NCBI RefSeq assembly: GCF_963676685.1
Contig: NC_092347.1
Location: 85,994,001 to 86,058,000 of the forward strand
DNA from: Mytilus edulis
Taxonomy: Eukaryota
Length of the DNA: 64,000 nucleotides
Reading direction: 5' to 3'
Positions 25,301 to 36,500 of the stretch are shown here, in pieces. Below the pieces are notes generated by a model, which was not told the origin of the DNA, ran no database searches, and saw only the letters and a program-made list of their open reading frames with translations. The position numbers and the translations under genes are program-made. How positions within the stretch are numbered: the stretch's first letter is position 1; each line of letters begins with the position of its first letter.

Positions 25301-28300
25301 TATTAAAAGCAATTGTTTCCATAAAAAAGAGATACAAAGTTTGAAGCAAAATATACACAACAATCATTGTACAGACTGACAGATTGACTCTCCAAATCCA
25401 AGATATCTTCAAAAGAAAACAATAAGTTTTGATTTTGAAATTTCTTAAACATAGTTTACATATATAAAATTATCAGCCTGGATACTATGTTAATTATATA
25501 CAAAAAGCATTCCCCTGCATTAAATTTACCAATCTGATACAGGTAGACAGGCTGCTATTTCACATTCTGACTTATTAAGGTAGAAACACACAGTTAGGAG
25601 TGTAGTTTCCAATTTTGACCCTAGTGGATTTTTCAAATATGTTTTTGTACAATAAAATTTATTTTTAGACAGCTGATAACTTATCTAGCCTTCAAAGCTG
25701 GGTTATAAGAAGACAAACAGAAATCTTAATTTGAAAGAAGGCAAGTGAAAGGGAAGGTAAAATCTATGAGTATACAGGTAGGTTACATTCAGGATATTTG
25801 ATTTTGATAACATCACCTTGTTTTCCTTGTACCTGCTGAGATCTGTAATACAATACTCCTTGAACAGTTTGTCATAATACTTCTTGGCGAGTCTCTTCTC
25901 CCTGTTGATACAAAAAATATTATTGAGTCTGTGTGTCATATGAACCTTTCAGTATAATCTCAATTAATGTATAGATGCTCTGTGATGTTTTAAAGATGTC
26001 AGACAGAATAAGACCAGGATGAGGAATATCATACTTTGGGCAGATGAAGAAAATGCATTGAAACCTGTCGAAACCAAATCTTGCAAACACCAAAAAACCT
26101 GGCTTCACCAAGTATGATCTTACGCCAAGTTATATCAAATTATATGTGTTGTGAACCTGATGAATCAGATAATCTGACAAACAGAACAAATCTTAAGTCC
26201 AGAACGGGATTGGTTCAGACAGGTTTCACTGTTCTAATAATTTGTAAGATGATTTCCCACATGACAGTTAAAAAGACACTGACTCTAGCATAAAATTGAT
26301 AGCACAATCCTGTAAAACTTGAGAACCATCATATAAAATGTAGTTTAATGTAGATTCTTATATATGCACCATAATTGTCATATTTACAATGATAACATTA
26401 AGGAATATTTACTAGAATATTCAATAGTTTATGGATACACTATGTTAAATACCATGTTTCATCAGGATCATCTTCTTCATTCCATAGGAATCTGTGATGC
26501 TCTTTAATAACATCTATGTCTCTTTTATCTTTGGAACTAGAAATATATTTATCATTAAATCAAAACTCCAAATGAAATTTATGCAAATGAAAGATAGAGG
26601 GGGAAAAAAAATTCTTTTAACAAAGATGTAACCAATGTTCAAATCAAAATGATATCATAAATTTCACTTCATTTACATACAATTTTATATTCTAAAATGT
26701 AATTTGTGTTTAAATTGAGATATGACTAGGTTCAAATTTAAGTTTAAATTACATAGACATTTACCTTTGTAGCACCAAAAGCAAAATATGTTCAGAAATA
26801 ATACTTTTTGTTTAATAAGTCTTTATAATAATGAGAACACATTTGAAGTGTCATTAAGAACAACTTTGGCAAACTTTCAAGAGTTGTCTCCCCTTCTTTT
26901 AGTAAGGATGTTTTTTTAATCTTTTAGCAAAATAACGAGTTGTAAGATTTATACAATTAATGCATACCTGTCTCTTTTAAAATCTGCCTTTGATCCACTG
27001 TAGTAAAGTATGTAGTCGTTAATAAACTTCTTATGACGTGCAAACTGATTCAATGTCAAGGAAAGTAAATAATGTTCATGAATATTCAAAATTAGTCTAC
27101 ATCAAAATATTATTTTTTGGTATTTCAAGAAAAATAATTTTAACATTTATGTTATATTTTAAATGTTATTTCAAAACAGTCTTCCCATGATATCAACCAA
27201 TAGACTCATCTTCCTTTCAATTTAATCTACTAAATATGCTATGCCTTCACTTTGCATTTGTTGTTTGTAAATAAGTATGTCTTTAAACATCTTCTATTTT
27301 CATTCTATACCAACATAAAAGGATACAGCATCCATACTAAGAACATGAAATCTTTGGTTTTTCCATTCTTCTCTGAAATCAGAATAAAATGAAGTTCACA
27401 ATGCAACATTTAAAAACAAATATAGATTAATGAATATCATATCTGCACAGTGCACTTAGTCTAAAATTATTCATTCTTGAGAGAAAAAATAATATTCCTC
27501 AATTTTTGTAAATGTGGAATTTAAGACCCGAAATATGATTGATGTGATCCCATAAAACAGATAATTCTAACAGTCTTAATTTGATGACGTCTAATATATA
27601 TTATCAAATTGTGAATAAATCTCTACATTTCAATTTTCAGAGAGTAAACTACTTCTTACCAATTTCAAACAACTCACTAGCCAAAAACTAAGACATTACT
27701 TCAACTGATTTCTTTTATTATAATTTCCTTTTTGTAACAAATTATAAAAAAAAAGGTAAGCATTTTTTTCTGTTGAAATATAGCTTTGCTATGTTTACAA
27801 AATTATTTATGTAAACCAATACCAGTCATTTATAAGACATGTATTACCAAAGTAAAACTTAGTAGTCATGATTTAGCTATAGAATGTGGTCGCTATTCTG
27901 CAATTCCAAGAAGCAATAGACTATGTAGTTTTTGTAAAAATGACATTGAAGATGAGATGCATTTATTTTAAAATGTCCTACTTATCAAGGTCTTAGATCT
28001 TATTTAATAAAACCATATTATTGGAGAAAACCTTCTATGTATAAATATATATATTAATGAGTTCTAATAATCTTAGAGAATTATGTTATATGGGTAAATT
28101 TATATTTCGTGCACAAAAATTAAGATCTAACATGATGTAATATGTTTCACACATTACCTTCTGCTATCTATGTATACTTTGTGTAGTTTATATGTTGTAT
28201 GCCTATAGTTGTTATGACTTTGGTAAATAAAGATATAATATAAGATTTTCCTGAAATTGCTGTAAGCTAGGTATGGAAATATTCTACTGTGAGACTTTTG

Positions 28301-30183
28301 CTTTGAGATCTACACCATCTTTTTCTGTGTAGACATATTCACTAAGTAGATTGTAAGATAAGTATAGGTTTTTGGAGGATGTTCTTTCTTAATTTAATTT
28401 TTTGAATTTTAAAAAAAAATATTAATATTAAACTATGACATTAAACATACTTGCTGTATTCTTCTTCGACATGTCTTTTGTTTGTTATCTTTTCTGATGC
28501 TTTCTTCTTTGGTGGCACTAAATCATTCCTCTTCTCTCTGAAGAATAAAATCAAATATGTCCCTTACTGCTCACAGAATCATAGATTTAAATTTATATCA
28601 TCTTTGAGCATAAGGTAATAACATGATATCATTTTTAAAGTAAAGACAAACACCATTTCAACAATACATGTATCATAATGATATCAACATGTCATCACAG
28701 AGGTAAAATAGGAAAACTAGACAATAGTTACCTTCTCCTGTCTGCTTCTGAGTCATATTCAAATTCTGAATCAAGACCACCTCCTTGGTGAATCTAAAAT
28801 TTAAAAACAAATATCAGTCAGGGGACTTACTGAAATAAATGATTTTTAAATCACTTATTTGAGTAGCAAATTCAAGGTTTTGTCACAAATTGGGATTTTG
28901 TAGTTTTTTCAAAATTTTAAACACATAGATTTAAATAATATCTTTAATTAGTAAAATTTAAAAAAAAAAAGAACTTTTTGCTTCTTTTAAGTAGCAAGGT
29001 TTATGCCTTTGATGCTATCATGTAGCTGAAAATTCTATTTTAGTTGAAAAATGCTATAATAATGGCTTTACATAATGAACTGACACTTTCTTAAAAGATT
29101 TTCCCCAGCAGTGGGAGTATTTTTCCTGTGAAGTTCAAGGTTTCATCTTTCAGATTATGTAATAAAAGAGGGACGAAAGATACCAAAGGGACAGTCAAAC
29201 TCATAAATCTAAAACAAACTGACAACGCCATGGCTAAAAATGAAAAAGACAAACAGAAAAAAAGTGATTTTTATGTCATTATCCTTGATTCAGTACAAGG
29301 TCATCACCTGAAATGACCTGGTCATCCTAGACAACACAGATGTTGGTTCTGATAAGTTTAGAAACATAATTAGTCCCTGGATCATTAGTATTCTATATTT
29401 AAAGCTACAATAAAATTAAATCACTTCTTCTAGTGATTTATTTGTACTACTTAAATAGGTGATTATTGAAGAAAGACAACTCTAACTTCCAACCTTTATG
29501 GAAATAATGTTACTTGAATCGGTGATTTAGAAAATCACTTATTTAAGTAAGTCCCCTGACTGAATATACTTAAATGTAATCTCAAAGAATAAGACTTAAT
29601 TAAGTTACATCAAATATCTACTTACATAAGCATCATGATGGATGCCACATGTGGAGAAAGATCTGCTTACCATTCCAAAGCATTTGAGGTGGGTTTTTTT
29701 TAAATTTTACTAATTCCTCAGTTTTTGGAAAGGTTCAGGTTGCTTATTCTTTGGTTTATTATACTGTTACATTGTATATTGTGTTTGTAAATTGAAAAAC
29801 AAAGGATGAGAGGGAATTAATCCACATAAAAAAAGTATTTACACACATAAAATAAACAACTGCACTTTTGTTGTTGTACTTCATGTGGGTCTCATTTGGG
29901 TCTAAGCATGACGCGGAATTGTCAATTTTTGTAAGCGCGACATGTGAAAGTGAAATTATTGTGCCGTGAAGACGGGAAATGAAGTCTAGCAGGACACAGG
30001 AAATAACGACAATTGTGTAAACAGGATACGGGAATCTGACAAAACAGTAAGCGGACCCGGGATCAGAACCCCCCACCTCCAATGAGACCCCCCTTCATCC
30101 TGATGTTACAGTAGCTTGTTTTGTATATTTTATTGGTTTTTTTTAATGGTGTTTACCTTTGCAAGATCAAAAGATTCTGCCAT
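4346..30183 (-). CDS. FRA10AC1: FRA10AC1 homolog (spliceosome-associated protein), 13 exons, ~306 aa: 30183-30157, 28793-28732, 28537-28451, 27372-27327, 27044-26968, 26536-26453, 25901-25817, 11619-11574, 10796-10683, 10401-10359, 9835-9750, 9329-9209, 4388-4346
   Basis: All phases are compatible (921 nt). Peptides RFHVLSMDAFARHKKFINDYILYY, HRFLWNEED..WEKRLAKKYYDKLFKEYCITDLSRYKENK, RWRIEKEVVDGNGQFSCGNKKC..GLRSWEVNFGYMEHGEKKNALVKLRLCPDCSYKLNYHH and the C-terminus EEEFDDYFEDMFL* match the FRA10AC1 family. Exon 1 is the least certain. Confidence 0.93.
4433..4923. mobile_element. MITE with (GGAAC)n-containing TIRs and 9-bp TSD (MULE-like)
   Basis: TIR GGCTATTGGTACTTTAC(GGAAC)nGGAATTTCATTTAAGGTA at both ends. 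Direct repeat AATCTGCAG at 4424-4432 and 4924-4932. Confidence 0.9.
4980..5300. repeat. Degenerate tandem repeat, ~35-40 bp unit
   Basis: Recurring AAATGGACCTTAA..TGGTGACAATAAACTGAACA-like units. Confidence 0.6.
5418..9129. mobile_element. Non-autonomous DNA transposon with ~180-bp TIRs, CAC..GTG termini and 5-bp TSD (Transib/CMC-like)
   Basis: CACGCCTGGTAAACCAT..GTCATGCCATAGATA (5418-~5599) is inverted at ~8948-9129. TTATA flanks both ends (5413-5417, 9130-9134). Confidence 0.8.
5935..6560 (+). repeat. Abundant dispersed repeat (GATGTGGTATGATTGCCAATGAGACAAC family)
   Basis: Related fragments at ~6780-6990 (-), 17400-17520, 20280-20530 (-), 23700-23860 (-), 36120-36260 and 40750-41040. Confidence 0.7.
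11870..11974 (+). repeat. Left TIR of AcademH-like element
   Basis: CAATCTAATTGAAATTAAATCTCTCACTCGC...GGGCGTCAGAGCTCAAAAT, the exact reverse complement of 25115-25219. Confidence 0.95.
12124..18888 (+). CDS. Academ-type DDE transposase (DUF6589-like core), 7 exons, ~1022 aa: 12124-12709, 13333-13430, 14663-15139, 15684-16163, 16514-16640, 17085-17215, 17719-18888
   Basis: GT-AG exons are in compatible phases with no stop (3069 nt). N-terminal CILC..CKKC. Core motifs LIGDNWD, YPLGIYDCNEN, FFGGDRLTDERIQGAQ, EDFHRLMNFL, AVDMGDGER, NRFVNVQGGKNNNIALDEHLEMLN. Internal C2H2 finger CHFCARTYTYVGSLKSHEMKVH. Exon 2 is the least certain. Confidence 0.85.
21023..25008 (-). CDS. Transposon-encoded RecQ-like SF2 helicase, 3 exons, ~468 aa: 25008-24699, 23524-23371, 21965-21023
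   Basis: In frame (1407 nt). Q-motif LKAEQ, Walker A LPTGFGKS, Ia CPLVSIMKDQV, Ib YASPE, II DEFH, aromatic loop WG..FR..F, III SAT, IV LIYC, V VATSALGMGVD, VI QQMGRAGRNG, zinc-binding CRR..CCDLC..CSCGIC. Confidence 0.92.
22357..22477. repeat. Foldback palindrome within a helicase intron
   Basis: GGTTATTGCATGAATATTGGGGAATATTGTCCC..TATATTGCAC GAGCTTGCGA GTGCAATATA..GGGACAATATTCCCCAATATTCATGCAATAACC. Confidence 0.85.
22807..23092. mobile_element. MITE nested in a helicase intron
   Basis: TIR GGGAACAACCA(C/T)TTAACT..GGGGGGG / CCCCCCC..AGTTAAATGGTTGTTCCC. Confidence 0.7.
25115..25219 (-). repeat. Right TIR of AcademH-like element
   Basis: Exact inverted copy of 11870-11974, followed by the TSD CCAAAATAA. 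Confidence 0.95.
27045..27326 (-). other. U12-type (minor spliceosome) GT-AG intron of FRA10AC1
   Basis: 5' splice site GTATCCTTTT. Branch site TTTCCTTGAC with the A 11 nt upstream of the intron end. No polypyrimidine tract. Confidence 0.88.
27783..28240 (+). pseudogene. 5'-truncated non-LTR retrotransposon (LINE) ORF2 C-terminus and 3' tail
   Basis: LQNYL..ITKVKLSSHDLAIECGRY..IPRSNRLCSFCKNDIEDEMH, then (after a frameshift) KCPTY..LR: a CCHC-type LINE C-terminal finger. Ends in AATAAA plus (ATA)n. Confidence 0.8.
28815..29562. mobile_element. MITE with CAG..CTG TIRs and 5-bp TSD
   Basis: CAGTCAGGGGACTTAC.. / ..GTAAGTCCCCTGACTG, flanked by AATAT on both sides. Confidence 0.8.
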
Positions 30184-30512
30184 ATTAAGACATCAAATAC
30201 AGACGGTATATTTCAAAACATAAGCAAGAATAGAATATTCATATAATATTGTTCTGCACTTTCACTTTTGTTTCAAAACAGGATATGCTTTGGACCATCT
30301 AATTTTGAATAGGGGTAACTGTGTCAAAATATAATATTTATCTAAATAAGTCTCTCTTTTTCCTGCGGTTTATATATGTTAAAATACATTGTAACAAACA
30401 AATAAAGAAGTAATTTGTAAACTAAGTCTAACTGTTCATTGTGAACAATACAAAAATGACAAATCCTACACCAACTTAAAACATTCACACCCATGAAATA
30501 GAACAATCCAAT
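30184..30512. promoter_or_regulatory. Putative bidirectional promoter of FRA10AC1/EXOSC1
   Basis: Only ~330 bp separate the divergent start codons (30183 on -, 30513 on +). Confidence 0.65.
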
Positions 30513-33500
30513 ATGTCTGCGCCCAGGATTTGTGTTCCAGGTAAACATGCTCAAATTCAACTGATTCCTGTCATATTTTACAGTAAAGATTAAAATTTTT
30601 ACGCACAAAAGCATAAGCAATTAATTTTCAAGTGAAGACATATCATTTTATGTGATTTAATATGAGGCAGGCATTACCTGGGAATGGGGACGAAGTCTAT
30701 GGATTTTTTTTCGTCCCCATATATAAATGGCACTGGCTACGGTTACATGGAAATGTAACAATAAAAAAAATATTATTGTTACATCGGAGACAAAATTTCT
30801 TACAGCTATAGGAACGAACTCTGAAAAAAATGATATATCAAAAGCAAGGTTTGCTAACTGCTAAGTTGGATACTGAAATTTGAGGTAAACCTAAAATCCG
30901 TAATGGACGGCAGTGCGATCATATTGAAAGACGACATGAAACTATACCACATGCTTTCAACCAAAATATTGGATGAGGAAGTATTTCTCACCAGAAGCAT
31001 GGCAAACATTAAAGGTTGCCTTATCTTCTAAAAGGAATATTGCAGAATAGAATTGCACGGTATGCAATACAGACGTTCGTAATGCGGCATCACTGGGAAT
31101 CCGGGTCCGTTCGCGCCCATTCACGTTCGCACCCACTCATGTTCGCCCCCATTCACTTTCGCACTCTACATGTTCGCACCCAAAGTCCGTTCGCACCCTA
31201 CATGTTCGCGCCCAATTTTAACTTTGTAATCAAGTAGTATTCTTATAAGTATTATTGTTTTCATTGTCTCAAAATAAAGTGATACAGCATTTTTTTGTGT
31301 TGAATAAATCTTTATCATGTTTTGGTTAGTGTATTACTATAACTTTGTTTCATTGACTTGTTTCAAAATGAAGTGAGATTCTGACTACGTTTTTTTTTTA
31401 GTCTTGAATAAATTTTATCATGTTTTGGTTATAATAGTGTATTGCTATATTTTATTGTTTCATTGTTTCAGATTAAAGGGACCAAGCTGTTAAAAACAAT
31501 TATCTTTTGTGTTTTTCATTTATAATCTTCAATCTTTTACTCATACCAAGCTATAAATACATTCAGTATTTACACGAAAGCAATTAAAAACAACAATGAT
31601 TATTCAACTGGAATTTGAATTAAAATTGGGCGCGAACGTGTAGAGTGCGAACGGACCTTGGGTGCGAACGTGCGAGGTGCGAACGTGTAGGGTGCGAAAG
31701 TATATTGGGCGCGAACGGACCTGATACCCATCACTGGTGTGTGATGGCTGCTTGGAGTGGATTCATCAAAAATGCATCGGACTTAAACATGCTCCAAAAC
31801 CACTTACTCAGGATATGTAGAAACTGTCATTGTAAATACAAAAATAAATAAATTGTATGTAATAATTGTATGTATTGTAAATATAAAATAAACGTCATCA
31901 ATTTTTATAAATTAGTACATCCATCTTACAAGTCCCATCGTACATTGCTGTTTCAAGTTCATGTAACAATAACGCTATGTAACCGTAGCCTCAATATTTA
32001 TTGTTACATTCGTAATTAATCAGGTCCTTACCCGACCATGCATTCCGGTATTTAGTCTCCAATGTAACAATAATATTTTTATACCCCCGCTTTAAAAAAG
32101 GGGGGGTATACTGTTTTACCTCTGACTGTCCGTCCGTCCGTCAGTCAGTCCGTCCCATGAAACTTTCGTCACATTTTTCTCAGGAACTACACATCCACCC
32201 TTTCTGTAATTTGGTATCAACATTTATATAAGTCAGCTATACAGTGTGATGCGTTTTCAGATTCATCACTCGACAACTTCCTGTTTACCGAACACTTGTA
32301 TGATTTTACACATGATAACCAAGTTGAAAATTTTCGTCACATTTTTCTCAGGAACTACAATACAAGGATTTCTGAAATTTGGTTTCAGGATTTATATAAG
32401 TCAGCTATACCGTGTGATGCGTTTTCAGATTCATCACTCGACAACTTCCTGTTTACCGAACACTTGTATGATACACATGATAACCAAGTTAAAACTTTTC
32501 GTCACATTTTTCTCAGGAACTACAATACAAGGATTTCTGAAATTTGGTTTCAGGATTTTTATAAGTCAGCTATACCGTGTGATGCGTTTTCAGATTCATC
32601 ACTCGACAACTTCCTGTTTACCGAACACTTGCATATTTTTACACTATTAATATTATCCACTTGCGGCGGGGTATCATCAGTGAGCAGTAGCTCGCAGTTT
32701 CACTTGTTATTATTGTTACATTTCCATGTAACCGTAGCCAGTGCCTATATAAATCAGACTAAATCAAATACACAGTATGGCAGTGTAACCGGAGAGCACG
32801 AATTTCATTACAAAATTGCTTGTCTCCACCGGGACTCGAACCCGGTACCTCTGTGTTACAAGGCAGCGCGCTAACCCACTGGGCTAAAGAAGTACTTCCT
32901 TAGCTCAACCGCTTATGGCTGACTAGTTAAGTACCTACTTAAGTTTTTCTAAAGGAAGCAATCCTGTCACAGCAGTAACAAATTCTAAATCTAAATTGTC
33001 TCTATAAATTTTTGAAAATCATTTCTGCTATTGTCAGAATATTTTATGATCAATATCTGAAGTAAATGCCAAAATGAAGATACCCACATCAAACCCGTGC
33101 TGATTCATAGATAAGAATAACTGTTGGGATAGCCAATACACACAATTTCTAGTATTTTTATGCTCGCTCCATTTACTGGGCATTATGTTTTCTGGTCTGT
33201 GTGTTAGTCCGTTTGTCCGTCCCACTTCAGGTTAAAGTTTTTGGTCCAGGTACTTCTTGATGAAGTTGAAATCCAATTTATGGGCATTATGTTTCTGGTC
33301 TGTGCGTCTGTTCATTTATTCGATCATCCGTCCCACTTCAGGTTAAAGTTTTTGGTCGAGGTAGTTTTTGATGAAGTTGAAGTCCAATCAACTTGAAACT
33401 TGCTACACATGTTCCCTATGATATGATCTTTCTAACTTTAATGCCAAATTAGAGATTTTACCCCATTTTTCCAGACCAGATAATATATAAACAATACTTT

Positions 33501-36500
33501 TCACAGGATTTTATTTTCATTTTACAAAAGATGTACAGGATACAAATGTACCATCCACTTCATGTCACCCAACTTAAAATTCAGTATGGTTTCATCTGTT
33601 CTATAAAAAATATTATTTTATACGTTTGTATTTAAGGCAAATTCCTTTAAAATTACATGAAAGTAATGCTTTTCTTGTTTTTATATTTATGCAAGGTCAA
33701 AGAATATGTCACATTGAAAATGGTACAACAGCTGGAAATGGTACTTATCAAAGGAATGGGTTTATATACTCCAGTATAGCTGGATACCTAAAAACAGATA
33801 AAACAGATGATGGACAGGTAAAAATAGCACTGTTTGGTTGGAATAAATAAACAAATATCATTGTTTATTTAAAAAAAACAAAAAACAATGATTACGCAAA
33901 TATAAGTTAACCAAACCAGCCAAATATCACCAATTCTTAATGAATGAGAACCTATAAAATAAAAATGAGGAGAGGTGGTATGGTTAGCAATGAAACAATA
34001 ACCCACCATGTCCACCAAACTAAAAAAACTATGATGTAAATGTTTTGGACCATATGAGAATTTGGACCATACATTTATGGTCATGACCATATGGGTATAT
34101 ATTCCCTTGTTCCGACCATACGCGTATTATATAGGTAATTTCATTATTATATAATAATAAAAAGATTAGCTAAATAAAAATTATTAGTTTCGCATAGTTA
34201 ATTTTAGTTAATTTTACTTACTTGTCAAAACTATAATAAACACATTTTATACCGATGGTCATTACTGATGGTCATTACCGATTTGTTATTACGAGTGAAT
34301 GGCAATATGTCAACTTAGAAAAATAAATTCAAAAAATTTCTTAATGAATGGTTACACAAGAAGTTACTCATGGAAATTAATATTGTTTTTGAATATTGTG
34401 TATTGCAGTCATGTTACGATATTTGAGATCTAGAGCTTCTAAAAAACATCCTAGATATATCGGAATGGCCCAAGTCCTTGATACCACTGTACGCAGCTAT
34501 CTACAAAAAGGCTAGCTTTTCGATCACAAAAAAAGGTGTAAATGAAAAGGATTGTGCACATCCAAGACTTGCAAATGCAAAAGAGTTACCGTGTGGAAGT
34601 AAATGTCACCCCAAGCCTACATGCAAGAATAATTGTAATTAGCTAGGAAAACTATCTATGGCATCAATATTTAATTTTTACGTAGTATTTGAATTATAAA
34701 AATAATACATTGTCATGTAACCATTATTTTTTTTTTTTAGATAAAGTTTTATTATTATCGAAACTTTTATAATGTAACTTAAAATCAGGTAAAAAATACC
34801 TATATGGTCCAGCCCTTTAATAACCACAAAAGTATTATACTTATATGGTCGGACCATATGAGAATACACATATGGTCATGACCATACGTGTATGGTCCAG
34901 ATACGCATATGGTTTGGAACAGAAACAGCAAATAGTTTAATCACAATTTTTATACTACTGAACAGAATGACTTCATACTTGGTTAGCAGCTCTACAGTGA
35001 TGAAAGTATGAAATTGAGAAAGGAAATGGGGAATGTGTCAAAGCAACAACAAACCTACCATAGAGCAGACAACAGCTGAAGGCCACCAATGGGTCTTCAA
35101 TGTAGCGAGAAACTCCTGCACCCATAGGTGTCCTTCAGCTGGCCCCTTAAAAATATGTATACTAGTTTCAATATATGTATTGTAAAGGTATATTACCACA
35201 GAATTAATAAAGTGTATCTCATTTGTCATTTAGTCTAATTATGAATGCCATTAATCATAGAATAATATTATTTCACAGAACATGATCAGAATGATGTAGT
35301 TGTAGGAATGTAAGATTTATAATTGACCAAATTGTACACGACAGAAAATTGATTTATTCTGATATTAAAATTTTAAGGTGTTAATTGAAGTAAAGAGAGA
35401 TATAGAACAGAATGTGGTACCATCAGTGGATGCTGTAGTTACAGCTAGGGTAGGTGTGTCTAATTGATATAAGAGAGTCAAAGATTTTATATCCATGTAC
35501 AGCTAAATGAGTAGTTTTTTTGGTCTTTTTTTCCTCTTCAGTTGATACTGAATTTAAAAAACAATTTTCTTTTTACACCCTAAACATAACCATAACACTT
35601 GAGTGTCTATGATGTACATTATCAATATATACCACTTCTCCATCGTAGAGATATAAAACAAAATAATTTATCACCAAAAACTTTAACAAAACTGTGGTTA
35701 TCTCCCTTTGAACAGCAACTTTGGTAAGTTTGTTATATACCATATATAATCTAATTGATGTTTTATAAAAAGATTGAATTTATTTGCATTTTGCTTTCAA
35801 AAAAAGAAATTAATAACTAATGTATTTGAACATCTTTTTGTATATGCAACCATTCTGTAAAACGTCTGTATTTCCCTTGTACAAGATCTAATTTGTTCCT
35901 CATGTTTGATTGTTACAGGTGACAAATGTGAATCCAAGGTTTTGCAAGTGTTTGATACTCAGTGTAGGAAAGATAGGTCTCAGGGAACCATTCAGAGGAC
36001 AAATCAGGTAACAGATAGAGGAATATGTCTCTAAAAAACTCAATTAGTCAACCCCTCATCACTTGCGGTAATGTAAAACAAATTAAACAAAACGCCAGTG
36101 ACCTGACTTATGCTAAAACTAAACGAAAAAAAATATGTAAGATAGCAACCAATAACAACCTCTGTAAATCAGGCTCCTGACTTGGGACAGGCTCGTACAG
36201 AATGTGGTGGGGTTGAACATGTTGTTTGCTTTCAAGCCTCAACCTAACCTGGGACAGTGGTTTTACATCGCTTTGTTTATTTGGTAGAAATTCATTGTAT
36301 GACTTGTTTTATATAAAAAAATCACATCTTCTTAAAATACAATATTAACTGCTTTAAGTAAATAGTTATCAAAGGTACCAGAATTATAATTTAATACATT
36401 AGAAGCGTGCTTCATCTACATAAGACTCATCAGTGACGCTCAGATCAAAATAGTTATAGAGCCAAAAAAGTACAAATTTGAAGAGCATTGAGGACCCAAA

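Larger units (their letters stand above)
30729..32745. mobile_element. Non-autonomous TIR element with 9-bp TSD (MULE-like), hosting two nested elements
   Basis: TIR GGCACTGGCTACGGTTACATGGAAATGTAACAATAA. TSD TATATAAAT at 30720-30728 and 32746-32754. Confidence 0.85.

Noticed and set aside
32246-32874. 134-aa and 192-aa ORFs with internal repeats
   Set aside because: They arise from the tandem array of a HINE-like element.
32821-32892. Functional tRNA-Thr(TGT)
   Set aside because: The acceptor and anticodon stems pair poorly, and it is embedded in a TG..CA element with a TSD.
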